Assembly (NCBI GenBank): GCA_964016885.1
Contig: CAXHJY010001671.1
Span: forward strand, 1 to 37,530
DNA length: 37,530 nt
Direction: 5' to 3'
DNA from: Eledone cirrhosa
Taxonomy: Eukaryota
Part shown: positions 23,524 to 37,530 of the stretch, piece by piece
Position numbering within the stretch: the first letter of the stretch is position 1
Layout: every line of letters starts with the position of its first letter
Notes under the pieces: generated by a model
Seen by the model: only the letters and a program-made list of their open reading frames with translations
What the model was told of the DNA's origin: nothing
Databases searched by the model: none
Translations under genes and position numbers: made by a program

Positions 23524-25207
23524 ATCTACATCTAAGGCGGGTAAAATTCCCGAGATCCATGGACGAGTTCTCTCCAGCGGTCTCTGTCCCTCATTATCGC
23601 TGCCATATCCTGCATCTCCAACAGACCAGTGTCTGTCCTTAGGGCATCAACATATGTTAATCTTGGTCTTCCTCTTCTAGTGTGTCCATGTAGGGGCTAC
23701 CAAAGGAGCACTGAGTGCAATGTCAACTCTGGATGTCGGTGAGCATGTCCAGCCAACCTCAGTCTCCTCTGTGTCACTTTTGAGCTGACTCTTGGGATGC
23801 TCCCATACAGCTCTGAGTTTTTCATCCTCAGTGTATACTGATTAATGTTCAGAGCCATCCTCAACATTCTCGTGTAGCACCCATCCACCATCTGAGTGAG
23901 TTTCTTGGTCAGTGTCCAAGTCTCAGACCCATACAGCAGCACAGACTCCACTACAGCAATGAAGAGGCGGATTTTCAGGTCACTACGAAGGTCCGACTTC
24001 CACACCGATCTCAAGCTGTGGCACGCCGCCAGGCCTTGCTCTTCCTCTCAACCACATCATCCTCCGTATTCCCAATCTTTGCTCCCAAATACAGGAAGTC
24101 CTCAACCAATTCCAGCGGCTTCCCCCCCTACATTAGTGATCCCCTCTGGCTTCTCAACATTCTCTACCGGATATTTTGTTTTAGTCTCATTCATTCTCAG
24201 CCCCACACTCATCGACACAGTCTCAACCTCCCGCATCAAATCCTCTGCCTCCTTCACTGTATTTGTCACCAAAACTATGTCGTCGGCAAATTCAGCATCC
24301 GATACCTTTTTCGCCCCAACTCTCCTGCTCTGAGCCGGTGCTACAGTAAAGCCAGTCCTGGTGTTTCTCCAGTGCAAGGCGCATACAATAGTCCACTACG
24401 ATGATAAAAAGGTAGGGAGCCAATGTATCTCCCTGGAGCACTCCAGCCAGTATCTCAAAGAACTCTGTCATCCCATCAGGTGTAATGACTTGGGCTTTGG
24501 TGTTGGTGTAGAGCAGTGATATCAGGTCCACTATCCTCTTGGGGATTCCATAAGCCTGTAAGATCTTCATCAGGCAGTAACGGTCCACAGAATCAAAGGC
24601 CTTCCTAAAGTCAATGAAAACCATGACCGCAGGAAGGCACTTTGCTCTAGCTCCCTCTAATATCCTCCTCAGCATCAGGATGTGACTGGTGGTTTATCTA
24701 CCCTCTCTGAAGCCGTTCTGGTTGTCCCTGAGCTTCTTCTCCATCTCAGGCTGGATCCTGTTAAGAATCATCCTGTTGAGGGTCTTTGCCACAAGTGACG
24801 TCAGTGAGATCCCCCGGTAGTTGTTGGTGTTAGAGAGATCTCCCTTCTTTGACACTGGGACGATGTTACTGATCCTCCACTGATTCGGGGCAACTCCTTT
24901 CTTCAGTGCCCCGTTACAGAACCCCAGGATGATATCATCAAAATCACACCTCTTCATCACCTCTGATGCCACTCCATCTTCTCCATGAGCCTTGCCCTCC
25001 TTGATCTTCTTCTTGGCTCTCTGATGAAGGGCTCTGTCTCAACATCCAGTTCCTCAAACAGCCGCCTGATCTCCCCTGTGCTCTGGGCTGTGGAGGGTGG
25101 CTCTCCTAGTAGGGTCCTAAAATGGTCTAGCCATTTCCTCTTCCTATCCTCGGGCCCCGTTCCCTGGATCTGACTCGAACACCTTTTCTTCCTCCCTGTG
25201 ATCTCGT
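23524..25207 (-). mobile_element. RTE-clade LINE, 3' part (reverse transcriptase), frameshifted
   Basis: KKGDLSNTNNYRGISL, NQNGFREGR, FIDFRKAFDSV, GVLQGDTLAPYLF, EFADDI, VLLYGSETW, RRLRLAGH. Confidence 0.92.
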
Positions 25208-26381
<1,174 letters not shown>

Positions 26382-26504
26382 GAACACTGGAAGGTAATAT
26401 CCGTAGTGGTAGAGCACACAGTCCATAGGCCGAGTTTGGTGGAAGTAGTAACACAACAGTTATTTCACCGTACCGTTAGTTCACCATTCATAACCATTAC
26501 CAGT

Positions 26505-26545
26505 CCGAGCTGAAGATCCGCATAAGGTGAAACAATTGTTCTCGG
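26505..26545 (+). ncRNA. Minimal hammerhead ribozyme
   Basis: ccgag-CTGAAGA-tccgcataaggt-GAAA-caattg-TT-ctcgg; perfect 5-bp stem I, palindromic stem III, GUU triplet. Confidence 0.85.
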
Positions 26546-26589
26546 TATAGCGAACTAACTGTTGTGTTACTACTTCTCTCTCTCTCTCT

Positions 26590-26968
<379 letters not shown>

Positions 26969-27231
26969 CGGAAAAATGAAACGAAATTTCATTTCCCACT
27001 CTTAGTACGGCTGTTACTTAAATATAAGTATGTATACGTACATACATATATGTATACAGATGTACAGTAGTATGTATATATATATACATACATGCACACA
27101 TATATATATATGTACGTATGGATTCACCGAACATTTATTATAATGCTCGGTGTGTTTGTAAACAAACATCCCGTATTAAGCCGTAGTGTCCAGCAACCAT
27201 CGTTGCTCATTTGTTCAACACTGACAAAGGA

Positions 27232-27274
27232 ACGCTGTACTAGTTTCAAGCTTATTAGCTATCGTCGGCAACGT
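27232..27274 (-). ncRNA. Minimal hammerhead ribozyme with CCGACGA core variant
   Basis: Minus strand acgttg-CCGACGA-tagctaataagctt-GAAA-ctag-TA-cagcgt; 6-bp stem I, agct/agct stem II, GUA triplet. Confidence 0.75.
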
Positions 27275-27392
27275 ATACCTTCCTGCCAGATGATTGAACG
27301 TCTGAAAGTATATACTTTCCTTATGCATATTAACGGCTGAGCAGCCTAATTTGCATATCGAGTGAGTTAATCGGCCGGGCGCACCGAAAACG

Positions 27393-29178
<1,786 letters not shown>

Positions 29179-30222
29179 AGGCACTGTGTTGGGCCCACTT
29201 CTCTTCATCATCTATATTAATGACATCACTGACATCATCAAACACAGCAACATTAAAATTTTCGCTGATGATTCCAAGCTCCAAAAGGTCATCAATGGCG
29301 TGGATGACCGGATAAGCCTTCAGTCAGACCTACTGGCTGTTACCCAATGGGCAGAAAAGAACAACATGTTACTGAACGAAGACAAATTCGAACTGATCCA
29401 CTTTGGAAAAGAGGATGCTCTGAAACTCCCGTACTCCCTTCCCTCCGGGGAAACTCTCGTGGCATCTAACAACATCAGAGACTTGGGAGTAACCGTGGAC
29501 AGCAACATAAGCTGGACCACGCATATAAGCAGCAAAGTTGACATGGCCCGCAGAATGTGTTCCTGGATCCTCAGAACCTTCCAGTCGAGAGATTCCCGCA
29601 CCATTATCCTTCTCTTCTCTACTTTCGCCCGACCACACCTTGAATACTGTTGTCCACTGTGGTCTCCCCACACGAAACAAAGTATCATGAAACTTGAAGC
29701 TCCTCAAAGGGCAATCACGAAAAAGATAGATGGCATGTCAGACCTTGACTACTGGGGTCGATTGGAAAACCTGAAACTTTACTCACTCCAACGTCGCCGT
29801 GAGCGTTATATTATCTGCATGATGTGGAAAATGTTCCATCATCACTGCCCAAATGATGTTGGCATCGCCTTCAAGATACACCCAAGGCTTGGGCCCCGTG
29901 CTATCCGTCCCATTCAAAAATCTAAATCGCAACTCATAACAACAATACGGCACAATTATTTCACCTCAATCGGCCCTGCTCTCTTCAACATCACACCAGG
30001 ACACGTCAAAACAGAAACTGACCACACAAAATTCAAGAAGTCTTTGGACAAATTCCTCCAAGTAATCCCGGACAAACCACCCACACCCGGATATGTCTCC
30101 GCAAACAGTAATTCTCTTCTCGAATGGGCCATGGTGCCCAAATCCTGAATTGAAAGACTTCGCCAGGTGGTGCTATTAAGTTAGACATGGCCTGGGCCAA
30201 TACTGGCCAAAACATTTCAAAG
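29179..30222 (+). mobile_element. 5'-truncated CR1/L2-group LINE (RT C-terminal half, frame open to the stop at 30148)
   Basis: [56 protein letters not shown]; 3' stem-loop tail; paralogue of 31949-34990. Confidence 0.9.
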
Positions 30223-30628
<406 letters not shown>

Positions 30629-31067
30629 TTACATCGTGTTTCTATATCTCTGTTTCCGGTTTCTCCCATTCATGAATTTAAATTTAGATTTAAAAATTTA
30701 TTTTTATATTTATGAACTGCAGTTGCTCACGCTCTCACGCTGTCTCTATCTCTCTCCTTCCTCTCTCTCTCTCTCTCTCCCCCTCTCTCTCTCTCGATCA
30801 ACGAGCTCTCTTTCTCCCTCTCTCTAGATCAACGAGCTCTCTCTCTCTCTCTCTCTCTATCTATCTTCTCTCTCTCCCTCTGACCCCCCCCCACTCTTCC
30901 CGCTATCTCTCTCGCTCCCCTCTTCTGTCTCCCCCTTTTCTTTTCTTTTCTTCTGTTTCTCTTTTTCTCTCGCTGGAGTTATATCTCTATCTCCCTCCCC
31001 CACTCTGTCCCTCTCTAACCTCTACTCTACACCTCCCACTGTCCCTCTTTCTCCCCTCCACAGCGAA

Positions 31068-32030
31068 ATGGATTGCATGCAGGAAAAATGGGAAAAATGT
31101 GAAATCAGGAGTCAGCGAAACTGGTCGAAGATTGAACTAGCGGTTTTGATCAAGGGGTGGACTATGGCTGATGGGTCTCCGCCAAGCAAAAAGATGGCGG
31201 AGAACCTGAAGAGCCATGGGTTTATGAGGACCCTGGTACAGATAGAGAGAAAGAGAAAGGAAATTGAGAAGGCGTATGTCCTCATAGCGCCTCATATAAC
31301 GATGCTAAGCCGTGTCCTCAGGGAGGAGAAAACCGAAGGGAGGGATGAGGAGAAGGAGAGGGAAAAGGAAGAGGAAAAGGAAAGGGAAAAAGAAAAGGAG
31401 GAGAGCACAAGCACGGACCTGAAAGAAAATGATATACCCTCCGCTACAGGCAGGGAGGACAGGCCGGGCAACCAACAAGCTAAGGGCAAAGGTGAAAAGC
31501 GAAATCACCTTCCGAAGGAGAACCAAGCGCAGAGGGACCAGTGGACAACTGTTCAAAGAAAGAACAGAAAGCACCGAGACACTGGGAGCAAAAAACACCA
31601 AGTAATGTGCAAGTTTTTCAAGAACGGGACATGCTGGTATGGAGAGACAGGGATGGGATGCAGATTCGCCCACCCTAGGTCTCAAACGAACTATGCCCAT
31701 CATACTCGCGCAACATGCCCCAGCCAAAGCCGAAATAAGCCGCTCCAGAAGTATGCTGATGTCGCGCGTGCTGCACCAACAAGGAGAAGGCACGCACATG
31801 CCGACGAGATACAGATGGCAGCAGCAGATCAGAAAAATTTTTTAGTGATGGCAGAGAAGATTGTGGGACAGCTGACCTGGCTGCATCGTCTCCAGAGCCA
31901 GGGTCATCCACACCAGCACTCGAGACCACCGCAGTTAAGGGACCCAGAGTGGCCGCCGCTGACACCAGACCAGGTGTCATACCGACAGCCATTACTGGCA
32001 CCCCAAAAGTCACACCAGTGCTGCTGCTGA
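31068..32030 (+). CDS. LINE ORF1 protein: N-terminal Myb/SANT(trihelix)-like domain, E/K-rich coil, CCCH zinc finger
   Basis: 320-aa ORF; RNWSKIELAVLIKGW..LKSHGFMRTLVQIERKRKEIEKAY; CKFFKNGTCWYGETGMGCRFAHP. Confidence 0.8.
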   Translation: MDCMQEKWEKCEIRSQRNWSKIELAVLIKGWTMADGSPPSKKMAENLKSHGFMRTLVQIERKRKEIEKAYVLIAPHITMLSRVLREEKTEGRDEEKEREKEEEKEREKEKEESTSTDLKENDIPSATGREDRPGNQQAKGKGEKRNHLPKENQAQRDQWTTVQRKNRKHRDTGSKKHQVMCKFFKNGTCWYGETGMGCRFAHPRSQTNYAHHTRATCPSQSRNKPLQKYADVARAAPTRRRHAHADEIQMAAADQKNFLVMAEKIVGQLTWLHRLQSQGHPHQHSRPPQLRDPEWPPLTPDQVSYRQPLLAPQKSHQCCC

Positions 32031-34990
32031 ATGTCAGGGGCCTGGTGAAACTCAGCAACATGAGTAAAATTTCCTACCTGGGAGACTTAGCCATAAGCAA
32101 TCAAGCACTATGCATGGCACTAACCGAAACGCACCTGACAAGCAGTATAGCAGATGCAGAAATACATATACCGAAATATACTGTATTTCGTTCGGACAGG
32201 AAGGAGAGAACTCATGGTGGGGTTGCTCTGTATATCCGTGAAGATGTCACACCAATTGTTCTGCTGACACATTCAAACTCAGTCTGTGACACACTGATAA
32301 TACATATGAAGCAACTACAGACGGTAATATGTGTCACATATCGGCCGCCCGATGCCCCCAGTCATGAGGGTAAATTTGAGGATAGCCTAAGTAGGATAGA
32401 AGAGGTCCTTGACAAACTGGACCAGGGTCTCAACATCCTACTGCTGGGAGACTTCAACCTACCAAAGGTCAAATGGCCTGAGGGCCACCTCCTCCCTGGA
32501 ATGACGTCAATAGAACAGAGACAGACGGAATCCCTGCTGGCCCTCACACACAGGCTGTTCATGGAGCAAGCAATACTCCTCCCAACAAGAGGCGAAAATG
32601 TCCTGGACCTCTGTTTTACAAACAACGAAGTGCTCATCCACAATGTAAAGGTGACACCAACAATTCTCTCGGATCATAACTTGGTAGAGCTAATGATATG
32701 TGGTCCAAGAGAACCAACAGAGACAAAACCACCAAGAAGCTCCGGGACGCTATCCAGCCTTAACTTCTACGGGGCTGACTGGAAGAAGATTAAGAGTGAA
32801 ATCCGGAAGCAAACATGGAGTGCAAACATCGCCACACAAGACACTAACACACAATTTCAACACTTCATGACAACGATACACACCATATGCAAAAAGTGTG
32901 TCCCGGAGAAAGAGGCAAACAGACACAAAAATCTTATTCCCAGAGATAGGAAAATCCTTATGAGACGTAGAACTAAACTCTCAAACCAGTTGAATAGTCA
33001 ACAAAACCAAAACAAGAAGGAATCCTATTTGAAACGTGCACTACTTGACACCGAGATTGCACTCAAGCTTTCACATGAGAATGAGAGGGCAAGGAAAGAG
33101 AACAGGGCCATAGAAAACATTAAAACAAACCCTAAGGCCTTCTTTAAATTTGCAAAAGAAACTGCCTCAGTACACTGCAAGATTGGACCACTCTTCCACA
33201 CGGACGGTTCATTAACCGAAAATCCCCAAGAGATATGTGAAATACTGAACGAACAGTACAAAAGTGTCTTCACATGTCCACTGAGGCACATGCAAATAAC
33301 GAAGCCAGAGGAGTTCTTTGATGCCACAACACTACATCAAGAAATGGCAACCATCAACCACATAGACATAACGGAGGAGGATGTGGTGTACGCCATTGAT
33401 GAAATTAGAACAGACTCGGCTGCTGGACCTGATGGATTCCCAGCAGTTCTCCTAAAAATATGTAAGCGGGCCTTAGCAACTCCACTGAAGATGCTCTTCA
33501 GAAGCTCCTTGGCTAGCGGTGTACTACCCAGGGAGCTGAAAGAAGGCACAATATGCCCTATCCATAAAGGAGGTAGTAGAGCGGAGGCCAAGAACTATAG
33601 GCCAGTCTCCCTGACGTCGCATATCAGTAAGGTCATGGAGCGAGTCGTCAGAAAGAAACTAATCACTTTCCTCGAAGAAAATGACCGCCTGACTAGCACG
33701 CAACATGGCTTCCGCCCAGGAAGAAGCTGCCTTACACAGCTGCTACATCACTACGACTGGGTACTGAGACAGCTACTAGACAGCTCACATGTAGACGTGA
33801 TATATCTTGACTTTGCGAAGGCCTTTGACAAGGTCGACCACGGAATGATATGTCACAAACTACACGGACTCGGCATAACTGGAAAAGTAGGTGAGTGGCT
33901 GCATGGCTTCCTGAGGGACAGAAGCCAGGCAGTCGCAGCAAATGGGGCCCTCTCGAGGGAAACACCGATAACAAGTGGGGTGCCTCAGGGGACAGTCCTG
34001 GGACCACTACTGTTTTTGGTGGCTCTCTCGGACATGCCCTCTGTGGTGCATGCAACAACATCCCTCACTAGCTATGCTGATGACACTAAGGTAGCACAGG
34101 CAATCAAAAACCCGGCTGACGCTGCCCTCTTACAGCAGGATCTGGATGCCATATACAGATGGGCGGAAGAAAACAACATGCAGTTTAATGCTGGCAAATT
34201 CCAAGCCCTACAATACAAACCTGCAAACACAAACACAAATATAGCGGAACACAGCTACACAGGACCAGGAGGGACCGATATCCCCGTGTCAAAATCGATA
34301 CGAGACCTGGGCATAGACATGAGCGATGATGCATCTTTTTCTTCACACATCATGAAGGTGGCGACAGCATGTAGACGATTCGCTGGCTGGATCTTGAGGA
34401 CTTTCCTTACAAGAGATCGAGACACCATGTTGACACTGTGGAGGACTTTTGCCCTAAGCCGCCTGGACTACTGCTCCCAGCTGTGGTCACCCCATAGTGT
34501 CAAACTAACCACAGAGCTTGAGGCAATCCAGCGAAGCTACACCAAGAGGATTGCCAAGATGAGGGAGACAAGCTACTGGGAGAGGCTGAAGGAACTGAAC
34601 CTCTACTCCTTGGAGCGAAGACGGGAGAGATACGCAGTGATCTACATGTGGAAAATCCTGGAGGGACTAGCACCAAACTTTGGCATTGGGAGCTGGACCA
34701 ACCGTCGAACAGGACGTCACTGTGTGGTGCCAAAGGTCCCGTCTTCCACATCTAGAATAAGGAGCAGGTATTGCAATAGCCTGGGATTCAAGGGCCCTCA
34801 ACTCTTCAACAGGCTGCCGAGGCATCTGCGAGACTTGCATGACGTGGAGGTGGATGTCTTTAAGAAACATCTCGACACCTTGTTATCCAGGATCCCGGAT
34901 GAGCCCACAGCAAGACACGAGGGAAACCTAAGGGCAGCAGCAACAAACTCCCTCCTACACCAGTGGCCAACCTATACAGGCTGGAGATAA
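31949..34990 (+). CDS. LINE ORF2: APE endonuclease plus reverse transcriptase (true start uncertain; frame open from 31760)
   Basis: LNVRGL, LTETHL, GGVALY, YRPP, GDFN, LDL, SDH; [42 protein letters not shown]; listed start codon is GTG. Confidence 0.95.
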   Translation: MAAADTRPGVIPTAITGTPKVTPVLLLNVRGLVKLSNMSKISYLGDLAISNQALCMALTETHLTSSIADAEIHIPKYTVFRSDRKERTHGGVALYIREDVTPIVLLTHSNSVCDTLIIHMKQLQTVICVTYRPPDAPSHEGKFEDSLSRIEEVLDKLDQGLNILLLGDFNLPKVKWPEGHLLPGMTSIEQRQTESLLALTHRLFMEQAILLPTRGENVLDLCFTNNEVLIHNVKVTPTILSDHNLVELMICGPREPTETKPPRSSGTLSSLNFYGADWKKIKSEIRKQTWSANIATQDTNTQFQHFMTTIHTICKKCVPEKEANRHKNLIPRDRKILMRRRTKLSNQLNSQQNQNKKESYLKRALLDTEIALKLSHENERARKENRAIENIKTNPKAFFKFAKETASVHCKIGPLFHTDGSLTENPQEICEILNEQYKSVFTCPLRHMQITKPEEFFDATTLHQEMATINHIDITEEDVVYAIDEIRTDSAAGPDGFPAVLLKICKRALATPLKMLFRSSLASGVLPRELKEGTICPIHKGGSRAEAKNYRPVSLTSHISKVMERVVRKKLITFLEENDRLTSTQHGFRPGRSCLTQLLHHYDWVLRQLLDSSHVDVIYLDFAKAFDKVDHGMICHKLHGLGITGKVGEWLHGFLRDRSQAVAANGALSRETPITSGVPQGTVLGPLLFLVALSDMPSVVHATTSLTSYADDTKVAQAIKNPADAALLQQDLDAIYRWAEENNMQFNAGKFQALQYKPANTNTNIAEHSYTGPGGTDIPVSKSIRDLGIDMSDDASFSSHIMKVATACRRFAGWILRTFLTRDRDTMLTLWRTFALSRLDYCSQLWSPHSVKLTTELEAIQRSYTKRIAKMRETSYWERLKELNLYSLERRRERYAVIYMWKILEGLAPNFGIGSWTNRRTGRHCVVPKVPSSTSRIRSRYCNSLGFKGPQLFNRLPRHLRDLHDVEVDVFKKHLDTLLSRIPDEPTARHEGNLRAAATNSLLHQWPTYTGWR

Positions 34991-35064
34991 AATGTGTAGC
35001 AACAAGGGCGGTGCCCCAGCATGGCCTCAGCCGGATGGCTGAAACAGGTAAAAGAGTAAAAAAG

Positions 35065-35705
<641 letters not shown>

Positions 35706-35763
35706 TTGTTATTTCACTGAGGAACTGGAATCATATGATTCCAGTTCCTCAGTGAAATAACAA
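35706..35763. repeat. 58-bp perfect palindrome
   Basis: ttgttatttcactgaggaactggaatcat|atgattccagttcctcagtgaaataacaa, centre at 35734/35735. Confidence 0.95.
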
Positions 35764-35850
35764 CCCAACCAGGAACTGGGCATATCAGAGTATTGACAAT
35801 ATTATACACCTCAACAACATATGTACTTGTCTATACCACACTAATTCGGA

Positions 35851-35903
35851 CTGCCTGAAGAGGTCACAGTCAAAGATGGCTGTCACTGAAATATATATAG
35901 CAG
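35851..35903 (+). ncRNA. Minimal hammerhead ribozyme (Penelope pLTR type)
   Basis: ctgc-CTGAAGA-ggtcacagtc-aaagat-ggctgtcact-GAAA-tatata-TA-gcag then AATAAA at 35905. Confidence 0.85.
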
Positions 35904-35949
35904 CAATAAACGAAGCTAAATTTTAAACATTTGACTTTTTATTTAACTT

Positions 35950-36048
<99 letters not shown>

Positions 36049-36100
36049 TGTATGTATGTATGTATGTATATATATGTATGTATGTATATATATATATGTA

Positions 36101-36416
36101 TATTCTATTCTAAGGTGGGTAAAATTTCCGAGATCCATGGACGAGTTCTCTCTAGCGGTCTCTGTCCCTCATTATCGCTGCCATGTCCTGCGTCTCCAAC
36201 AAACCAGTGTCTGTCCTTAGGGCATCAACATACATTAAGCTTGGTCTTCCTCTTCTAGTGTATCCATGTAGGGGCTCCCAAAGGAGCACTGAGTGCAATG
36301 TCAACTCTGGATGTCGGTGAGCATGTCCAGCTAACCTCAGTCTCCTCTGTGTCACTTTTGAGCTGACCCTTGGGATGCTCCCATACAGCCCTGAGTTTTT
36401 CATACTCAGTGTATAC
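36101..36416 (-). mobile_element. RTE-clade LINE 3' end, 5'-truncated second copy
   Basis: High identity to about 23524-23838 (RRLRLAGHAHRHPEL..WEP.HG..RGRP). Confidence 0.92.
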
Positions 36417-36607
36417 ATATATATACATATATATATGTATATATATATATGTATATATATATATGTATATTAGAAAGTGAGGGTTTTTTTACAAAATGAA
36501 AAATAACCGAGGTGTCCTACACGAGTGGAAGTATAAAGAAAAAGGGATGAAATCGAAAATGCAACTGAAGTCTTATTTTTTTTAAAAATATATATATTTA
36601 TTTGGTT

Positions 36608-36645
36608 CCTTTACCGGTTTCGCAGTTCTTCTGCTTTTGAAAAGG
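36608..36645 (-). ncRNA. Decayed hammerhead motif in an inverted pLTR
   Basis: Minus strand cctt-TTCAAAA-gcagaagaactgc-GAAA-ccgg-TA-aagg..AATAAA; all stems intact, core degenerate. Confidence 0.55.
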
Positions 36646-36658
36646 TGAGTAAACACAC

Positions 36659-37150
36659 AAAATAATCAAAAGCAAAAGACAACCAAAATCACTGAAAACA
36701 TTACTCACCAATGCCAAATTACCTACCACAAACCCACAACCAAGTATCAAAAAATGTGGTCGCTCTAATTGTGGAACCTGCACCCACCTCATTGAAGGCA
36801 ACACGTATACATTTAAATGAGGACAAAATTTTACTGTAAAAAATCACTTCACTTGCTCATCAAAAAATCTAATTTATGCCATTAAATGTAAAGGATGCAA
36901 TGAAGATTATATAGGACAAACTAAACTCACACTCAGAAACAGAATGACAGTTCATCGCCAACAATTACGAGATCCAACCACGAGACAGATACCACTAAGT
37001 GCACATCTAGACATTTGCGCAAGTAATAAGACACCCAAATTCCAAGTCTTCCCATTTTACCTTTGCGCTAACAATACAACAGAACAAATGCGAATAAATA
37101 AGGAAAATATGTTTATTCAAAAATATAGACCAACATTAAATAAGGTTTAA
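36659..37150 (+). pseudogene. Penelope-like element C-terminus: Cys-rich linker and GIY-YIG endonuclease
   Basis: One frame reads KRQPKSLKTLL..CGRSNCGTC..F(K*)..FTCSSKNLIYAIKCKGCNEDYIGQT..LRNRMTVH..E..FIQKYRPTLN; in-frame TGA at 36818-36820. Confidence 0.9.
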
Positions 37151-37530
37151 TATACATTATGTCAACACCACAATATGACATACACACACACACATAACAC
37201 CTTCTACTTTAGAAAATAAAAACCCGAACTAAATAAACCTTAACATACGTTTGCACTGGCAATACAACAGCAAACACGAAAAAGTCAGGAAAATATGTTC
37301 ATTCAAAAATATTCCTACTAAAGGAATCATTTTCCTACACACACACATACACACACACACAATATATATATATATATATATTCTCTTCATCTTAACATGC
37401 TAACCATACTCCCACACACATAACACCCATACACACACATAACAACCCCCACACCTACAACACCCTCCCCATTTCTACTAATAGAACCACTTTCCTACAC
37501 ACATATATATATACACACACACAAAATATA

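Noticed and set aside
27282-27320. Plus-strand hammerhead-like CAGATGA..GAAA-gtatatac-TT
   Set aside because: Core is mutated and stem I cannot form
32362-34870. Antisense ORFs within LINE ORF2
   Set aside because: Short shadow ORFs with no recognisable motifs

Overview
Eukaryotic, AT-rich, repeat-dominated DNA with no supportable host gene. The SINE types, LINE clades and long (TA)n tracts suggest a cephalopod (Octopus-like) genome, which is an inference. Main contents: (1) an apparently intact two-ORF LINE at about 30626-35064, with a Myb/SANT-like plus CCCH ORF1 and an APE endonuclease plus RT ORF2. ORF2 has no AUG before its first endonuclease motif but is joined to ORF1 by an in-frame U_UUU_UUA slippery site, suggesting -1 ribosomal frameshifting. 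(2) About a dozen minimal hammerhead-ribozyme motifs, nearly all different in sequence, with palindromic stem III, in Penelope-type pseudo-LTR remnants, several beside or inside snap-back palindromes, plus a Penelope GIY-YIG remnant. (3) An RTE LINE with twin-priming inversion geometry, and Tx1-like, CRE-like and CR1/L2-group fragments. (4) Several tRNA-derived SINEs, two of which seeded tandem arrays (43-bp x about 26; 59-bp x 24 with higher-order structure). (5) A non-autonomous Helitron and a mariner MITE. Most long ORFs in the supplied track are microsatellite artefacts. All structures and coordinates were read by eye and may be off by a few bases.
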